59,255 nucleotides of DNA from Flavobacteriales bacterium (GTDB taxonomy: Bacteria > Bacteroidota > Bacteroidia > Palsa-965), in contig JBEIPA010000032.1 of assembly GCA_040377305.1 (NCBI GenBank), positions 1-59,255 on the forward strand, given 5' to 3'. Of the stretch, positions 9,238 through 20,434 are shown in pieces; the stretch's first letter is position 1; each line of letters opens with the position of its first letter. Under the pieces are notes generated by a model. That model did no database searches. It was not told where the DNA came from and was given only the letters and a program-made list of their open reading frames with translations. The translations under genes and the position numbers were made by a program.

Positions 9238-11829
9238 ATGAGAAAACTATTACCCCTACTACTCGTGCTTGTCAGTATGACTCGCATTAGTTACGCGCAG
9301 AACAACGCAGGTCTTGGAACCACAACACCGAACGCTTCTTCCATTCTTGAAATGCAGTCCACCACGCAAGGTGTTCTCGTTCCACGAATGACGGCTGTTC
9401 AGCGTTTGGCTGTTCCGGTAAACGCAACAACTGAAGGCTTGTTGGTGTATGACCTCGATTCACTTTGCTTCTTCTACTATAAAGTTTCAACGGGCTGGAC
9501 ATCACTTTGCAATGCAGGTGGTGGTACTGGTCCAACTGGTCCTGCGGGTCCTGCAGGTGCTAACGGTACAGCAGGCGCTAACGGAACGAATGGATATAAC
9601 TGCTGGGATCTTAACGGTGACTTGGTTCAGGATCCAGGCGAAGACATAAACTCAGATGGCGTATGGGACGCACTCGATTGTCAAGGCGCTGCGGGTCCTG
9701 CGGGGGCTGCGGGTGCAAACGGAACAAATGGAATTTCCTGCTGGGACTTGAACGGAAACGGTGTACAGGATCCTGCTGAAGATATTAATACCGATGGTAA
9801 CTGGAATGCATTGGATTGTGTTGGAGCTACTGGTGCAACCGGGGCCGCAGGTGCACCTGGAGCCGCGGGTCCTACAGGTACTCCTGGTACCAACGGAACA
9901 AACGGTGTTACCGGGCCAACTGGTCCTACGGGTCCCACGGGATTTGGTGTAGGTCCAACGGGTCCAACGGGTGCTGCCGGTCCAACTGGCGCTCCTGGTG
10001 CTAACGGGGCAACTGGTGCTGCTGGTCCTGCGGGTCCTACCGGAGCTCCTGGTGCTGCGGGCCCTACCGGTGCTGCGGGTCCTGCTGGTCCAACTGGTGC
10101 TGCTGGCGGCGTAGGTCCAACTGGTGCTGCAGGTGCTGCGGGTCCTACTGGTGCTGCGGGTCCTGTAGGTCCAACTGGTGCTGCAGGTGCTGTGGGTCCA
10201 ACTGGTGCTGCGGGTGCTGTAGGTCCAACTGGTGCTGCAGGTGCTGCGGGTCCTACTGGTGCTCCAGGCGCTGCGGGTCCTACTGGTGCTGCGGGTCCTG
10301 TAGGTCCAACCGGCGCTGCAGGTGCAGTAGGTCCGACTGGTCCAACATGGACATTGTCTTCAGTAACTTACAATACGAATGGTACTGTTACAGTTAACGG
10401 AACAGCGGGTTCAGGTGGTCCAATCACTTCAACAAACGCTGCATGGTTGACTACTGGTAATACAGGAACTAACGTTGCAACAAATTACATCGGAACAAAC
10501 GATGCAAACTCATTCGGAATCAGAACCGGTGGCGCAGCTTTGACAAACGAACGAATGCGCATTCTTAATACTGGTGAAGCGCTTTACAATAGTCAGGCAC
10601 CTGCTGCCGGAGATGTATTTGGTGTTTATGGTACTGGATATCCGGGTGCAACCAACGCATTAGGTAACTATGCAATTAATGGATATGTTGCTGGGGGTGG
10701 TGCTGCGTTGTATGGACAAAACCTTGGAACCGGTGCTGGTGTATATGGTGATGTTGCAAACGCAGTTGCTCTTGGTGTTCTTGGTCAAAACCTTGCAGCA
10801 AACGGAACTGGTGTTTATGGTGGAACTGTAGGTGGTTCAGGTAACGGTGTATGGGGTGACTACCTCGGTGTGGCGGCTAACGGAACTGCAGTTCGCGGAC
10901 AATCGGTTCAGCCAGGTTCTGCAGGTACTGCAGTTGCCGGTTTCAGTGTTGGTACCGGTAACGGTGTATATGGAAGTAACTCTGGAACGGGTCTCGGTGT
11001 ATTCGGCGTAAGCACCGGAACTAATGCAGGTGTATGGGGTCAATCTACGACAGGTGCAGATGGAGTTATTGGATTCGTAAATACAAACGCTGCATTCGGT
11101 GTGTGGGCAATTAACCAAAATGCTTCAGGTACTGGTTTGGCAGCATCGGGTAACAACCGCACTACGATTTATCTTCCTACTGGCTCCGGAGCCGCATTCA
11201 CAGGTGCTGAAGTTGGTGTATTTGGATTTGCCCGAAACCCGGCATCTGGTACTGCAGGATTAAATGGTGGTGGTTATTTCCGCGATTCAATTACCGCACT
11301 GAACAATACTTACGCTTATGTTGCTGCATATAGTGCTGGTACTGCTTACAAAGTAATCGGTCCTGGTGCGGTATCTACAATTGTACAGGATGCCAGTGGA
11401 CAAGATCGCGTGATGTATTGCCCGGAAGCTCCAGAAGTTCTTTTCGAAGATTACGGAACTGGTCAACTTGTAAATGGTCAAGCTTACATTAACCTCGATC
11501 CAATTTTCGCATTGAACGTTAAGATTGATGAACAGCATCCGATGAAAGTTTTCATCCAGCTCGAAGGAGAATGCAATGGTGTTTATGTTGATCTGAAGAC
11601 TGCACAAGGATTCCAGGTGAGTGAACTTAACGGAGGAACTTCCAATGCTAAGTTCAGCTGGCACGTTGTCTGTAACCGTGCTGACACACCAGCGTCGAAG
11701 TTTGAAGACAACCGTTTCCCGGTGTTCAACAACACAATGGATGCAGGAAACAGCAGAGAAAATATTCAATTAGTCGATCCAAAAGTTGTTCCGCAAGCAA
11801 CACCGGAGCTTCCTAAGAAAGACAACTAA
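9238..11829 (+). CDS. Secreted collagen-like fibre protein with Gly-rich GVxG repeat head (paralogue of 7149..9137)
   Basis: Likely start ATG 9238 (MRKLLPLLL signal peptide). Same N-domain as the upstream paralogue, longer GPT/GAA run, 'GxGVYG' repeats, terminal '[21 protein letters not shown]' domain. Confidence 0.82.
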   Translation: MRKLLPLLLVLVSMTRISYAQNNAGLGTTTPNASSILEMQSTTQGVLVPRMTAVQRLAVPVNATTEGLLVYDLDSLCFFYYKVSTGWTSLCNAGGGTGPTGPAGPAGANGTAGANGTNGYNCWDLNGDLVQDPGEDINSDGVWDALDCQGAAGPAGAAGANGTNGISCWDLNGNGVQDPAEDINTDGNWNALDCVGATGATGAAGAPGAAGPTGTPGTNGTNGVTGPTGPTGPTGFGVGPTGPTGAAGPTGAPGANGATGAAGPAGPTGAPGAAGPTGAAGPAGPTGAAGGVGPTGAAGAAGPTGAAGPVGPTGAAGAVGPTGAAGAVGPTGAAGAAGPTGAPGAAGPTGAAGPVGPTGAAGAVGPTGPTWTLSSVTYNTNGTVTVNGTAGSGGPITSTNAAWLTTGNTGTNVATNYIGTNDANSFGIRTGGAALTNERMRILNTGEALYNSQAPAAGDVFGVYGTGYPGATNALGNYAINGYVAGGGAALYGQNLGTGAGVYGDVANAVALGVLGQNLAANGTGVYGGTVGGSGNGVWGDYLGVAANGTAVRGQSVQPGSAGTAVAGFSVGTGNGVYGSNSGTGLGVFGVSTGTNAGVWGQSTTGADGVIGFVNTNAAFGVWAINQNASGTGLAASGNNRTTIYLPTGSGAAFTGAEVGVFGFARNPASGTAGLNGGGYFRDSITALNNTYAYVAAYSAGTAYKVIGPGAVSTIVQDASGQDRVMYCPEAPEVLFEDYGTGQLVNGQAYINLDPIFALNVKIDEQHPMKVFIQLEGECNGVYVDLKTAQGFQVSELNGGTSNAKFSWHVVCNRADTPASKFEDNRFPVFNNTMDAGNSRENIQLVDPKVVPQATPELPKKDN

Positions 11830-11846
11830 GCTTCTATCAATATCTT

Positions 11847-11882
11847 AAAAGGCGGCTCAGCAATGAGTCGCCTTTTCTTTTT
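11847..11882 (+). terminator. Rho-independent terminator
   Basis: AAAAGGCGGCTCA-GCAA-TGAGTCGCCTTTT. Confidence 0.88.
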
Positions 11883-11973
11883 GTATTGTTGATTTCCTCC
11901 AATGCAAGCCAGTGATTCAAGTCATGCATGACCGTAACATGGTCGTTCTGTTTTGATGCGCCGGGAGTGAGTT

Positions 11974-12059
11974 CCTAGCCCCGATTGAGCCATGCACCCC
12001 GCCCTTGAGTGAATGCAAACGTGCAGGGAAGAGGCGTGTGCAGGCGAAAGCGGGACAGG
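11974..12059 (+). ncRNA. Flavo-1-like structured RNA / repeat motif (tentative)
   Basis: CTAGCCCCGATTGAGC...GCGAAAGCGGG ends resemble my recollection of the Bacteroidota Flavo-1 motif. Lies between two convergent terminators. Not verified by covariance search. Confidence 0.45.
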
Positions 12060-12110
12060 TAGAAATATGATGAGTTGCAGATCCGCTTCAAGTCAGCACC
12101 TGATATCAAC

Positions 12111-12136
12111 AAAAAAGCCGGAGATGAATCCGGCTT
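12111..12136 (-). terminator. gyrB terminator
   Basis: AAAAAAGCCGGA-loop-TCCGGCTT; reads as hairpin plus U run on the minus strand. Confidence 0.8.
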
Positions 12137-12158
12137 AATATTGTTTTTCATTGGAGAT

Positions 12159-14165
<2,007 letters not shown>

Positions 14166-14311
14166 TTACGGAATATAAAGGTTTTAGCCCCATTTTTCGG
14201 CTAACAGAGCATCAACAATCTTCAGCAAAAATGTTAATAACTCGGGGCTTAAAAAGAGGCAAAAACGGGGGTCAATAAGAAACGAAAATTGGGTGTCTAT
14301 TTCTTACGCAC

Positions 14312-15955
14312 TCAAAATGTGTAAGTCAGACCTCCCATGAGGTTGAATTTCTGTGTAGGATAACCGTTCCAACGCATATAACGTTGATTAGCAATGTTCC
14401 GGAAATCGACATAGAAGCTCAGGTACTTGTTGTACCGATATTCAACACCAAGGTTGAGATCAACAAGCCCTTTCAGGTTCGTGATTCCATAGCCCGTAGC
14501 AGCCGTTCCTGTGCGCGCGTATTGACCATTGAGGTAATAAACCTCAGAACGTACCAGAATTTTATCCGCGAGGTTATAAGAGGCCAAAAGGCTCATTCGA
14601 AGCGTTGGAGTGTGCCACGGCTTCAATTCGGCGTCCATGCTGTACTGATACCAGTCGCCGGAAGCAATGATTTTGATCTTCTCGCGCTTCTGCCAGCCGA
14701 TTTGTCCGCCAACATGAAGAACATCTGCACCGTCGTAGACCACGTTGAATTTGTTCTGCATTGGTTCGTCATCAAAAGTTGTGTTTACGAAGAATGCTGC
14801 GTTTCGCAATTTGTACATCGATGCTGAAACCTGGTAGAATACTTCTGAACTCAACGTTCCTTTCAAACCAACCTCAAGTGCGCGTGTGCGTTGCGTGTTG
14901 CGGAGTTCGACCGCATTGTATGAAGCAATGAACGGATTCATTACAGCGAGCGAGTGATAATTATTACGCTCCAATTCTCCACCATAAGAAACATACGGAA
15001 TGATGATGTGATTCACAATATCATACTGCGCGTAGAACTGCGGGAAGAAGTGTGTTGCGCCGCCGAGATTAGTTTCATGGTACAACCCGACACCGGCGTA
15101 CACGAGATATTTTTTCCCTTGCGCAATGAAGCGCGGAACAAATTTCACGATGGTTGAATTCGAGGTGTCGCCCAATCCGCTGACACGGTTGTAGTCGATG
15201 CCGAATGTTGCATCAATCATTTCTGTGCGGATGTAACGATTTGCATTTGCATTCAGCAACACGCGATCTTCAGTTACGCCTAATCGGTTGTCGAAGTGCT
15301 GGTAACCAAACCTGACGTTGTGATTCACCGCATCCGAATCGGAGTAGAAACTTTTCACACCAAGTTCGGTATTGTAGAAATTGTATTTCTGGCGTGTATA
15401 GTCTTTCGTGAAGACATTCGAATCGGCAATGCTTCCGTAGTTGTACACCACATCGCGGTCGTAACCGAATCCTGCAGAGAGCTCATGTTTCTTGGTGAAG
15501 CGTTTACCGAAGAGATCAACGTTCTGCGAACAGTAACCAGCAAATTCTCCGGGCACATCTTTCGGACCTGATCCTGCAGACCAATGACCTGCGTGTAATC
15601 CCCATGCGCCGTTTTTGGAACGCACTGACATCACGTTGAATTCGCCCATGAAAGAAGAATAATTTCCTACTCCAAATTTCGTGTAGGTGCGATACAATTT
15701 CTGCAAAGGTTCGCTTCCCATTTTTGCCGGGAGAATTGTGTCCAGTCCGAAAGAAGTTGAATATTTTTTCGACTGAATTCCATAATTGAAATTCGGAACA
15801 GCAAGGACAGTGTCTTTGGTTTTCGCTACTTCAGGAATCTTACGTACTTCAGTTCGAATTACGGGCACAGGATCAGTCGTTGCATCGATCTGAAACTGTT
15901 GTGCACTTCCCACAAATGGAATCAATGCAGCTAGTATGACGATTACTTTTCTCAT
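14312..15955 (-). CDS. Outer-membrane beta-barrel protein (TonB-dependent-receptor-like)
   Basis: Signal peptide, amphipathic strands, C-terminal 'NIANQRY...GGLTYTF'; 4-bp overlap with the TPR gene. Confidence 0.75.
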   Translation of the reverse strand: MRKVIVILAALIPFVGSAQQFQIDATTDPVPVIRTEVRKIPEVAKTKDTVLAVPNFNYGIQSKKYSTSFGLDTILPAKMGSEPLQKLYRTYTKFGVGNYSSFMGEFNVMSVRSKNGAWGLHAGHWSAGSGPKDVPGEFAGYCSQNVDLFGKRFTKKHELSAGFGYDRDVVYNYGSIADSNVFTKDYTRQKYNFYNTELGVKSFYSDSDAVNHNVRFGYQHFDNRLGVTEDRVLLNANANRYIRTEMIDATFGIDYNRVSGLGDTSNSTIVKFVPRFIAQGKKYLVYAGVGLYHETNLGGATHFFPQFYAQYDIVNHIIIPYVSYGGELERNNYHSLAVMNPFIASYNAVELRNTQRTRALEVGLKGTLSSEVFYQVSASMYKLRNAAFFVNTTFDDEPMQNKFNVVYDGADVLHVGGQIGWQKREKIKIIASGDWYQYSMDAELKPWHTPTLRMSLLASYNLADKILVRSEVYYLNGQYARTGTAATGYGITNLKGLVDLNLGVEYRYNKYLSFYVDFRNIANQRYMRWNGYPTQKFNLMGGLTYTF

Positions 15956-18900
15956 TGCTGACCTCCTTCTCCGTTACCACCACCATTTTCGAAGAGCTTC
16001 TGATCGTTCGGATCTCCAACAGGCAGAATAATTTCTTCCTGTCGCCGCTCTGCAGGATTTGATTGCGCATTTTCAATAGCCATGAGCTTATCTTTTGCGC
16101 GCTGTACATGCGACGGTGAATCACCATTCTCGATGTAACCATCCAGTACAATCTTCGCTCCGTTCGTGTCTTTCAGCGCGAGGTAATTATCGGCAAGCAG
16201 CAGCCAGCCTTCACCTGACCATTCCGGGAATCCATCATAGTCGTTGATGTGTTTAAGAATCGCAGTCTGCACGCCCTTCGAAGGTTTCGCTCTGAACTTG
16301 ATGTAGCAAACCTGATAGCTCGCTTCTGCGGCGTACACTGTATTTGGTGCAAGTCCATCGACTTTATTGAAGTAGGTCTCAGCACCCGTTAAATCACCGG
16401 CATTCAATGCGGCTTTTCCCTTCACGTAATTCGCTTCACCCTTCACGGAGTTTGCAATTCCGTTCAAGGTGAGAACCTGTGTTGCATACACGTTTGCCGA
16501 ATCAATATTCTTCGCGAACAAGTACGTGCGCATCGCGTTTACATTCGCATCATTCCGATCGTTCTCGTTCTTCGCTTCCCTTGCGAGTCGGGAATAAATA
16601 CGTGATGCATTGTTCCAGTCTTTGCGTGTGTAATAAATGTAACCTGCGCGCTTCATTGAAATATCGGAATACTTCGTCTGCCCTTTGGTGAGAATGTAGT
16701 TGTAGCTCGCCAGTGCATTTGTGGTATCGCCATTCTTGTATGAACATTCAGCACGCATGTAATATATCTCGGTGATGTAAACTCCTGAAGGATATTTCAG
16801 GATGTATTTATTCGCCTGTGCCAATGCTTCTCCGCAATTGCCGGCGTTGTACATTTTCGCTGCCTGCGCATACGAAGTTGAATCCGCAACAATCTGCGAC
16901 TCCGCATAACCCATGCTGCCCGCATACGTCTCCCACTGGTCCAGCTGATTTTTTGCGAGATAAATTTCCTTGATCTCCTTCATTACGGCACTGAAATCAC
17001 TTGTTCCTTTTCCACGCAAGAGCTGTGCTGCATCTTTATACATCGCGAGCGCATTTTCAGTATCACCTTTGATGCTGTAGATGGAAGCCATATTCGTAAG
17101 ACACGACACGGCAAACACTCCGGTCTTGTCGTCCATGTACACTTCATTGTACAATGACAACGCCTTATCGTAATCTTTCAGCTCGTGCAATGTGCGCGCT
17201 TCCTGGTACTTTGAATTTCCCTGCTTCACGTATCGCGATTCCGGATAATCAAGCCGCAGTTTTTTCAGAGCATCCGCTTTCTCCTGCTTCTTGCCGAGGT
17301 AACCATACGCCATTGCCTGTTGATACAAGGCGTAATCCTTGTTAAATCCGTATGGTGTTGGAGTAGCAACAGCCTTGCCGTAGAATTCTGAAGCGTTTAT
17401 AAATTCTTTCATGCGAAAATATCCATCGCCCATACAGAGGTATGCATCAAACACACGCTCATTCGGATCGTTCGCATTTTTGTTCGTCACATATTTCCGC
17501 AACCAGATAACCGCTTCTTCATACTTGTGCAATTCCATGTAGCAATACCCGATGTTGTAATTCGCAGTATTGTAGTTCGCAAGTACCGGAGCACCTGGTG
17601 TTACCTGAAATTTCTTGTAGCAGTCAATTGCTTTGTTGTAACCGGTAGAGTCAGTACGCTTCGCCTCCGCTTGCGCATACCAGCTTTCACCTTTCCAGTA
17701 TTGTGCCTGTGAATTCAATTCGCGACTAATCGGATACGTTAAGGATTTATCGAAGTGCGCAATTGCACCGGTGTAATCCGACTGATTGAACAATTCAATT
17801 CCACGGTTGAAAGCAACTTTCTGATATGTCGCCTGCATTGCGGGATTCAGAACTTTGATTTTCTCAATCGAAGAAAGTGCAAGTGCATAGTTTTTCGAAC
17901 TGAGATAAACATTCGTGAGCAGCATGTATGCTTCATCGCTGCGCGGGTTGTTCGGATATTCAGCGAGATACGCGTTCAACGCGACAATCGCTTCGTTGAA
18001 CGGACTGAATGAAAGCTCGTAGCTCAACTCTGCGTAGCTGAATAAAGCATCTTCGCGAATAATTGGATCGAACTTCATGGAAGAAGCTTTACCGAATGCC
18101 GTCCGCGCGTTTTGTTTGTCGCCATTACGCATGTGCGCGTCTGCGAGGTGATACCAGGCATTTTGTGCGAGTGCATCGGTGGAATCTCCGGCCGCAGCAG
18201 TCAGGTACGGAATGGACTGAGCCATCGAATCCGATTTGTAGTAGGAGAAGCCCAGTTCGTACGATTCCTGACGCGAGAGTGAGCTTACTTTGTCAGAATG
18301 CTTAAGCAAGAACGGAATTGCTTCCTGGTAGCGATTTAATCGGTAGTAAGATGCACCAATGATGTGCGCGATTTCCGGAACTTTTTTTGTGTCGGATGAA
18401 TCGAGCAAAGGTGGAGCGAAGGAAATTACGAGTTCATATTTACCCTGCAGGTAATAAATCTGAGCGATGTACCACGGCATGAGCGGACCGAAAACCGGAT
18501 CTTCCTGTAACCTGAGGAATCCATTGATTGCGGTTTCGTAGTTGCCTTCCGTATAGGCGATGTGCGAGTAATAATAGTTCGCCGCCGGAGAATACTTCGA
18601 TTTGATTTCGCGGATCTCAAAGAAATCTTTCTTCGCAGAATCGATGTGACCGATCTGGTAATGTGCGTAGCCGCGCTTGAAATAGTATTCTGAAAGTTCT
18701 TCGTCGCTCAGATCATAAATTTCTACCTGACGAAACCAAAGCAAGGCTTCATCGTAGTCTTTCTTCCGATAGTTATAACGTCCGAGCTGGAAGTTCACCA
18801 GGCGGCAACGTGGACTTTCCGGATGATGCGAAAGAAAGGCTTTGAGTCGCACTTCTGCGTCTTTGTGGAATAATTCCATTGCGCAGATCGCTGCGTAGTA

Positions 18901-19122
18901 TTCTGCGTCGGTAACCAGAAGATCGTTCTGATTTTTCGCCGACGCTACAATTCCGTCAAACACATCCTGTGCTTCCGCGTACTTCTGCTTCTCAAATAAT
19001 TCCAGTCCCTGACGGAACTCGTAATCAGGCGCAACTAAGTCCTGGGAACGTTGAGCGAATGTCGCTGATGGAGCGAGCAGTGAGAGTAGACCACAAAACA
19101 GGATTATCCTGTACACACCCAT
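15952..19122 (-). CDS. Large exported tetratricopeptide-repeat protein
   Basis: Signal peptide; numerous TPR-like helical pairs (YYxGxxYY...A...F) over 1056 aa. Confidence 0.88.
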   Translation of the reverse strand: MGVYRIILFCGLLSLLAPSATFAQRSQDLVAPDYEFRQGLELFEKQKYAEAQDVFDGIVASAKNQNDLLVTDAEYYAAICAMELFHKDAEVRLKAFLSHHPESPRCRLVNFQLGRYNYRKKDYDEALLWFRQVEIYDLSDEELSEYYFKRGYAHYQIGHIDSAKKDFFEIREIKSKYSPAANYYYSHIAYTEGNYETAINGFLRLQEDPVFGPLMPWYIAQIYYLQGKYELVISFAPPLLDSSDTKKVPEIAHIIGASYYRLNRYQEAIPFLLKHSDKVSSLSRQESYELGFSYYKSDSMAQSIPYLTAAAGDSTDALAQNAWYHLADAHMRNGDKQNARTAFGKASSMKFDPIIREDALFSYAELSYELSFSPFNEAIVALNAYLAEYPNNPRSDEAYMLLTNVYLSSKNYALALSSIEKIKVLNPAMQATYQKVAFNRGIELFNQSDYTGAIAHFDKSLTYPISRELNSQAQYWKGESWYAQAEAKRTDSTGYNKAIDCYKKFQVTPGAPVLANYNTANYNIGYCYMELHKYEEAVIWLRKYVTNKNANDPNERVFDAYLCMGDGYFRMKEFINASEFYGKAVATPTPYGFNKDYALYQQAMAYGYLGKKQEKADALKKLRLDYPESRYVKQGNSKYQEARTLHELKDYDKALSLYNEVYMDDKTGVFAVSCLTNMASIYSIKGDTENALAMYKDAAQLLRGKGTSDFSAVMKEIKEIYLAKNQLDQWETYAGSMGYAESQIVADSTSYAQAAKMYNAGNCGEALAQANKYILKYPSGVYITEIYYMRAECSYKNGDTTNALASYNYILTKGQTKYSDISMKRAGYIYYTRKDWNNASRIYSRLAREAKNENDRNDANVNAMRTYLFAKNIDSANVYATQVLTLNGIANSVKGEANYVKGKAALNAGDLTGAETYFNKVDGLAPNTVYAAEASYQVCYIKFRAKPSKGVQTAILKHINDYDGFPEWSGEGWLLLADNYLALKDTNGAKIVLDGYIENGDSPSHVQRAKDKLMAIENAQSNPAERRQEEIILPVGDPNDQKLFENGGGNGEGGQQ

Positions 19123-19233
19123 TGCAAAATAGTTTAGTCAATAAAGGTAGTAGGCGTGTATTCATGGCTGGAACTGCTATGTTCTACTTATCAACGGGAC
19201 CATGTTAAGATTATTGCACGCAAACCTCGAGCA

Positions 19234-19368
19234 AGTTGCAGCGGCAGTCGCAGCGGCAGTAAGTAGGCTGTAATCAGGCCGAATCAGCATTAATTTTTGT
19301 TAATCTCAGAATTTGACCTCGAACGTGTTGACTGTTTACTGACTGCAACTGCCGCTGCAACTGCGACT
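19234..19368. repeat. Inverted pair of GCAGYN hexamer tracts in the divergent TPR/ftsE intergenic region
   Basis: AGTTGCAGCGGCAGTCGCAGCGGCAGT (19234-19260) and complementary ACTGCAACTGCCGCTGCAACTGCGACT (to 19368). A 23-bp stretch (19336-19358) is identical to 27697-27719. Confidence 0.85.
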
Positions 19369-19389
19369 TTTTCTTTAGGTTTGTGCAAC

Positions 19390-20061
19390 ATGGAAAGCGA
19401 AACAATCATCTCTCTCGAAAAAGTATCGGTGTTTCAGAAACACAACATGGTGCTTAACAATGTGAACTTCACAGTATCGAAAGGTGAGTTTGTTTACCTG
19501 CTTGGTAAAACCGGTAGCGGTAAAAGTTCTTTAATGAAAACGCTTTACTGCGATGTTCCTTTCAAAGAAGGTCGCGCGACGATTGCCGGCTACGACCTTG
19601 CAAACATTGCGAAGAAGGATGTACCCTATCTCCGCCGGAAGACCGGAATTATTTTTCAGGATTTTCAGTTGCTGTATGATCGGAGCGTGAACGAGAATTT
19701 GTTCTTCGTGATGGAAGCGACTGGCTGGAAAGACAAAGAGAAGATGAAAGATCGCGCGCAGGAAGTTTTGGACAAAGTTGGTCTTGCGACGAAAGGACAT
19801 AAAATTCCGCATGAACTTTCTGGCGGCGAGCAGCAGCGTGTCTCCATTGCGCGTGCGTTGATTAATCATCCGGAAGTAATTCTTGCTGATGAGCCGACAG
19901 GAAATCTGGATCCGGAGACTTCGGAGGAGATTATGAAACTGCTTACTGATATTTCGAAGACGGGAACTGCGGTTGTGATTGCGACACATGATATGCTGGT
20001 GGTGAATAAATTTCCTGCACGTACTCTGCGATGCGAGAATGGTGAGGTGACACAACTTTAG
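19390..20061 (+). CDS. ftsE: FtsE-like ABC ATP-binding protein
   Basis: GKTGSGKS, IIFQDFQLL, LSGGEQQRV, LADEPTGNLD, ATHD. Probable start ATG 19390, just after TAGGTTTG. No ftsX adjacent. Confidence 0.75.
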   Translation: MESETIISLEKVSVFQKHNMVLNNVNFTVSKGEFVYLLGKTGSGKSSLMKTLYCDVPFKEGRATIAGYDLANIAKKDVPYLRRKTGIIFQDFQLLYDRSVNENLFFVMEATGWKDKEKMKDRAQEVLDKVGLATKGHKIPHELSGGEQQRVSIARALINHPEVILADEPTGNLDPETSEEIMKLLTDISKTGTAVVIATHDMLVVNKFPARTLRCENGEVTQL

Positions 20062-20157
20062 GTTGCCTGCGGCGCTTTACACGGCGACACAGCGAAACGG
20101 AGCCCTTTGTTTTCTAAGTGTTTCCCACGAGAAACGGCGGATCGCAAAAGCGATCAT

Positions 20158-20219
20158 TGGTGAATAAATTTCCGGCGAGAACACTTCGCTGTGAAAACGG
20201 AGAAGTGACTCAGCTTTAG
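20158..20219 (+). pseudogene. Orphan duplicate of the last 19 codons plus stop of the ftsE-like gene, differing only synonymously
   Basis: 20160-20219 translates to VNKFPARTLRCENGEVTQL*, identical to 20002-20061. A 16-bp identical start (TGGTGAATAAATTTCC) is followed by 14 differences, all synonymous. Confidence 0.92.
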
Positions 20220-20224
20220 GAAAT

Positions 20225-20418
20225 GGAACGCGGATTTTGATGTTCGTGGCGTGCTAGTCGTTTCCTTCGGATGATACTAGTATATACTTCGAGAGGGTAT
20301 TGGATTTTATGAGATAAACTCAAACGTATCTCATGAGATCAAAATTCGCGAATTCTGTATTTACCACACACATCCGAGAACAGTAATAGAAAACAAAGGG
20401 CTTCAAAAGCCGCGTTCC
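20225..20418. repeat. ~194-bp nested palindromic intergenic element, copy A
   Basis: GGAACGCGG...CCGCGTTCC ends; TCGGATG...CATCCGA middle; ATGAGATA-AACTCAAACG-TATCTCAT centre. Homologous to 49508-49700 and 59098-59255. Confidence 0.92.
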
Positions 20419-20434
20419 CATTTCGCGTTCCCTT

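Noticed and set aside
7900-10345. 9/18-bp periodic repeats as a CRISPR array or non-coding VNTR
   Set aside because: They are in-frame Gly-X-Y codons of the collagen-like genes, with no repeat-spacer structure and no cas genes.
7149-11829. Prophage tail-fibre module
   Set aside because: Both proteins have Sec signal peptides and host-type promoter/terminator signals; no other phage genes nearby.
19297-19389. Extended N-termini in the ORF track (19297, 9196, 22840, 26360, 33388, 38937, 56955)
   Set aside because: They run through repeats, promoter boxes or neighbouring genes; downstream starts fit signal peptides or family N-termini better.
20225-20418. Calling the palindromic element an IS, retron or integron attC
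   Set aside because: No transposase, reverse transcriptase or integron integrase in the window, no clear target-site duplication and no cassette array. Kept as an unclassified repeat.
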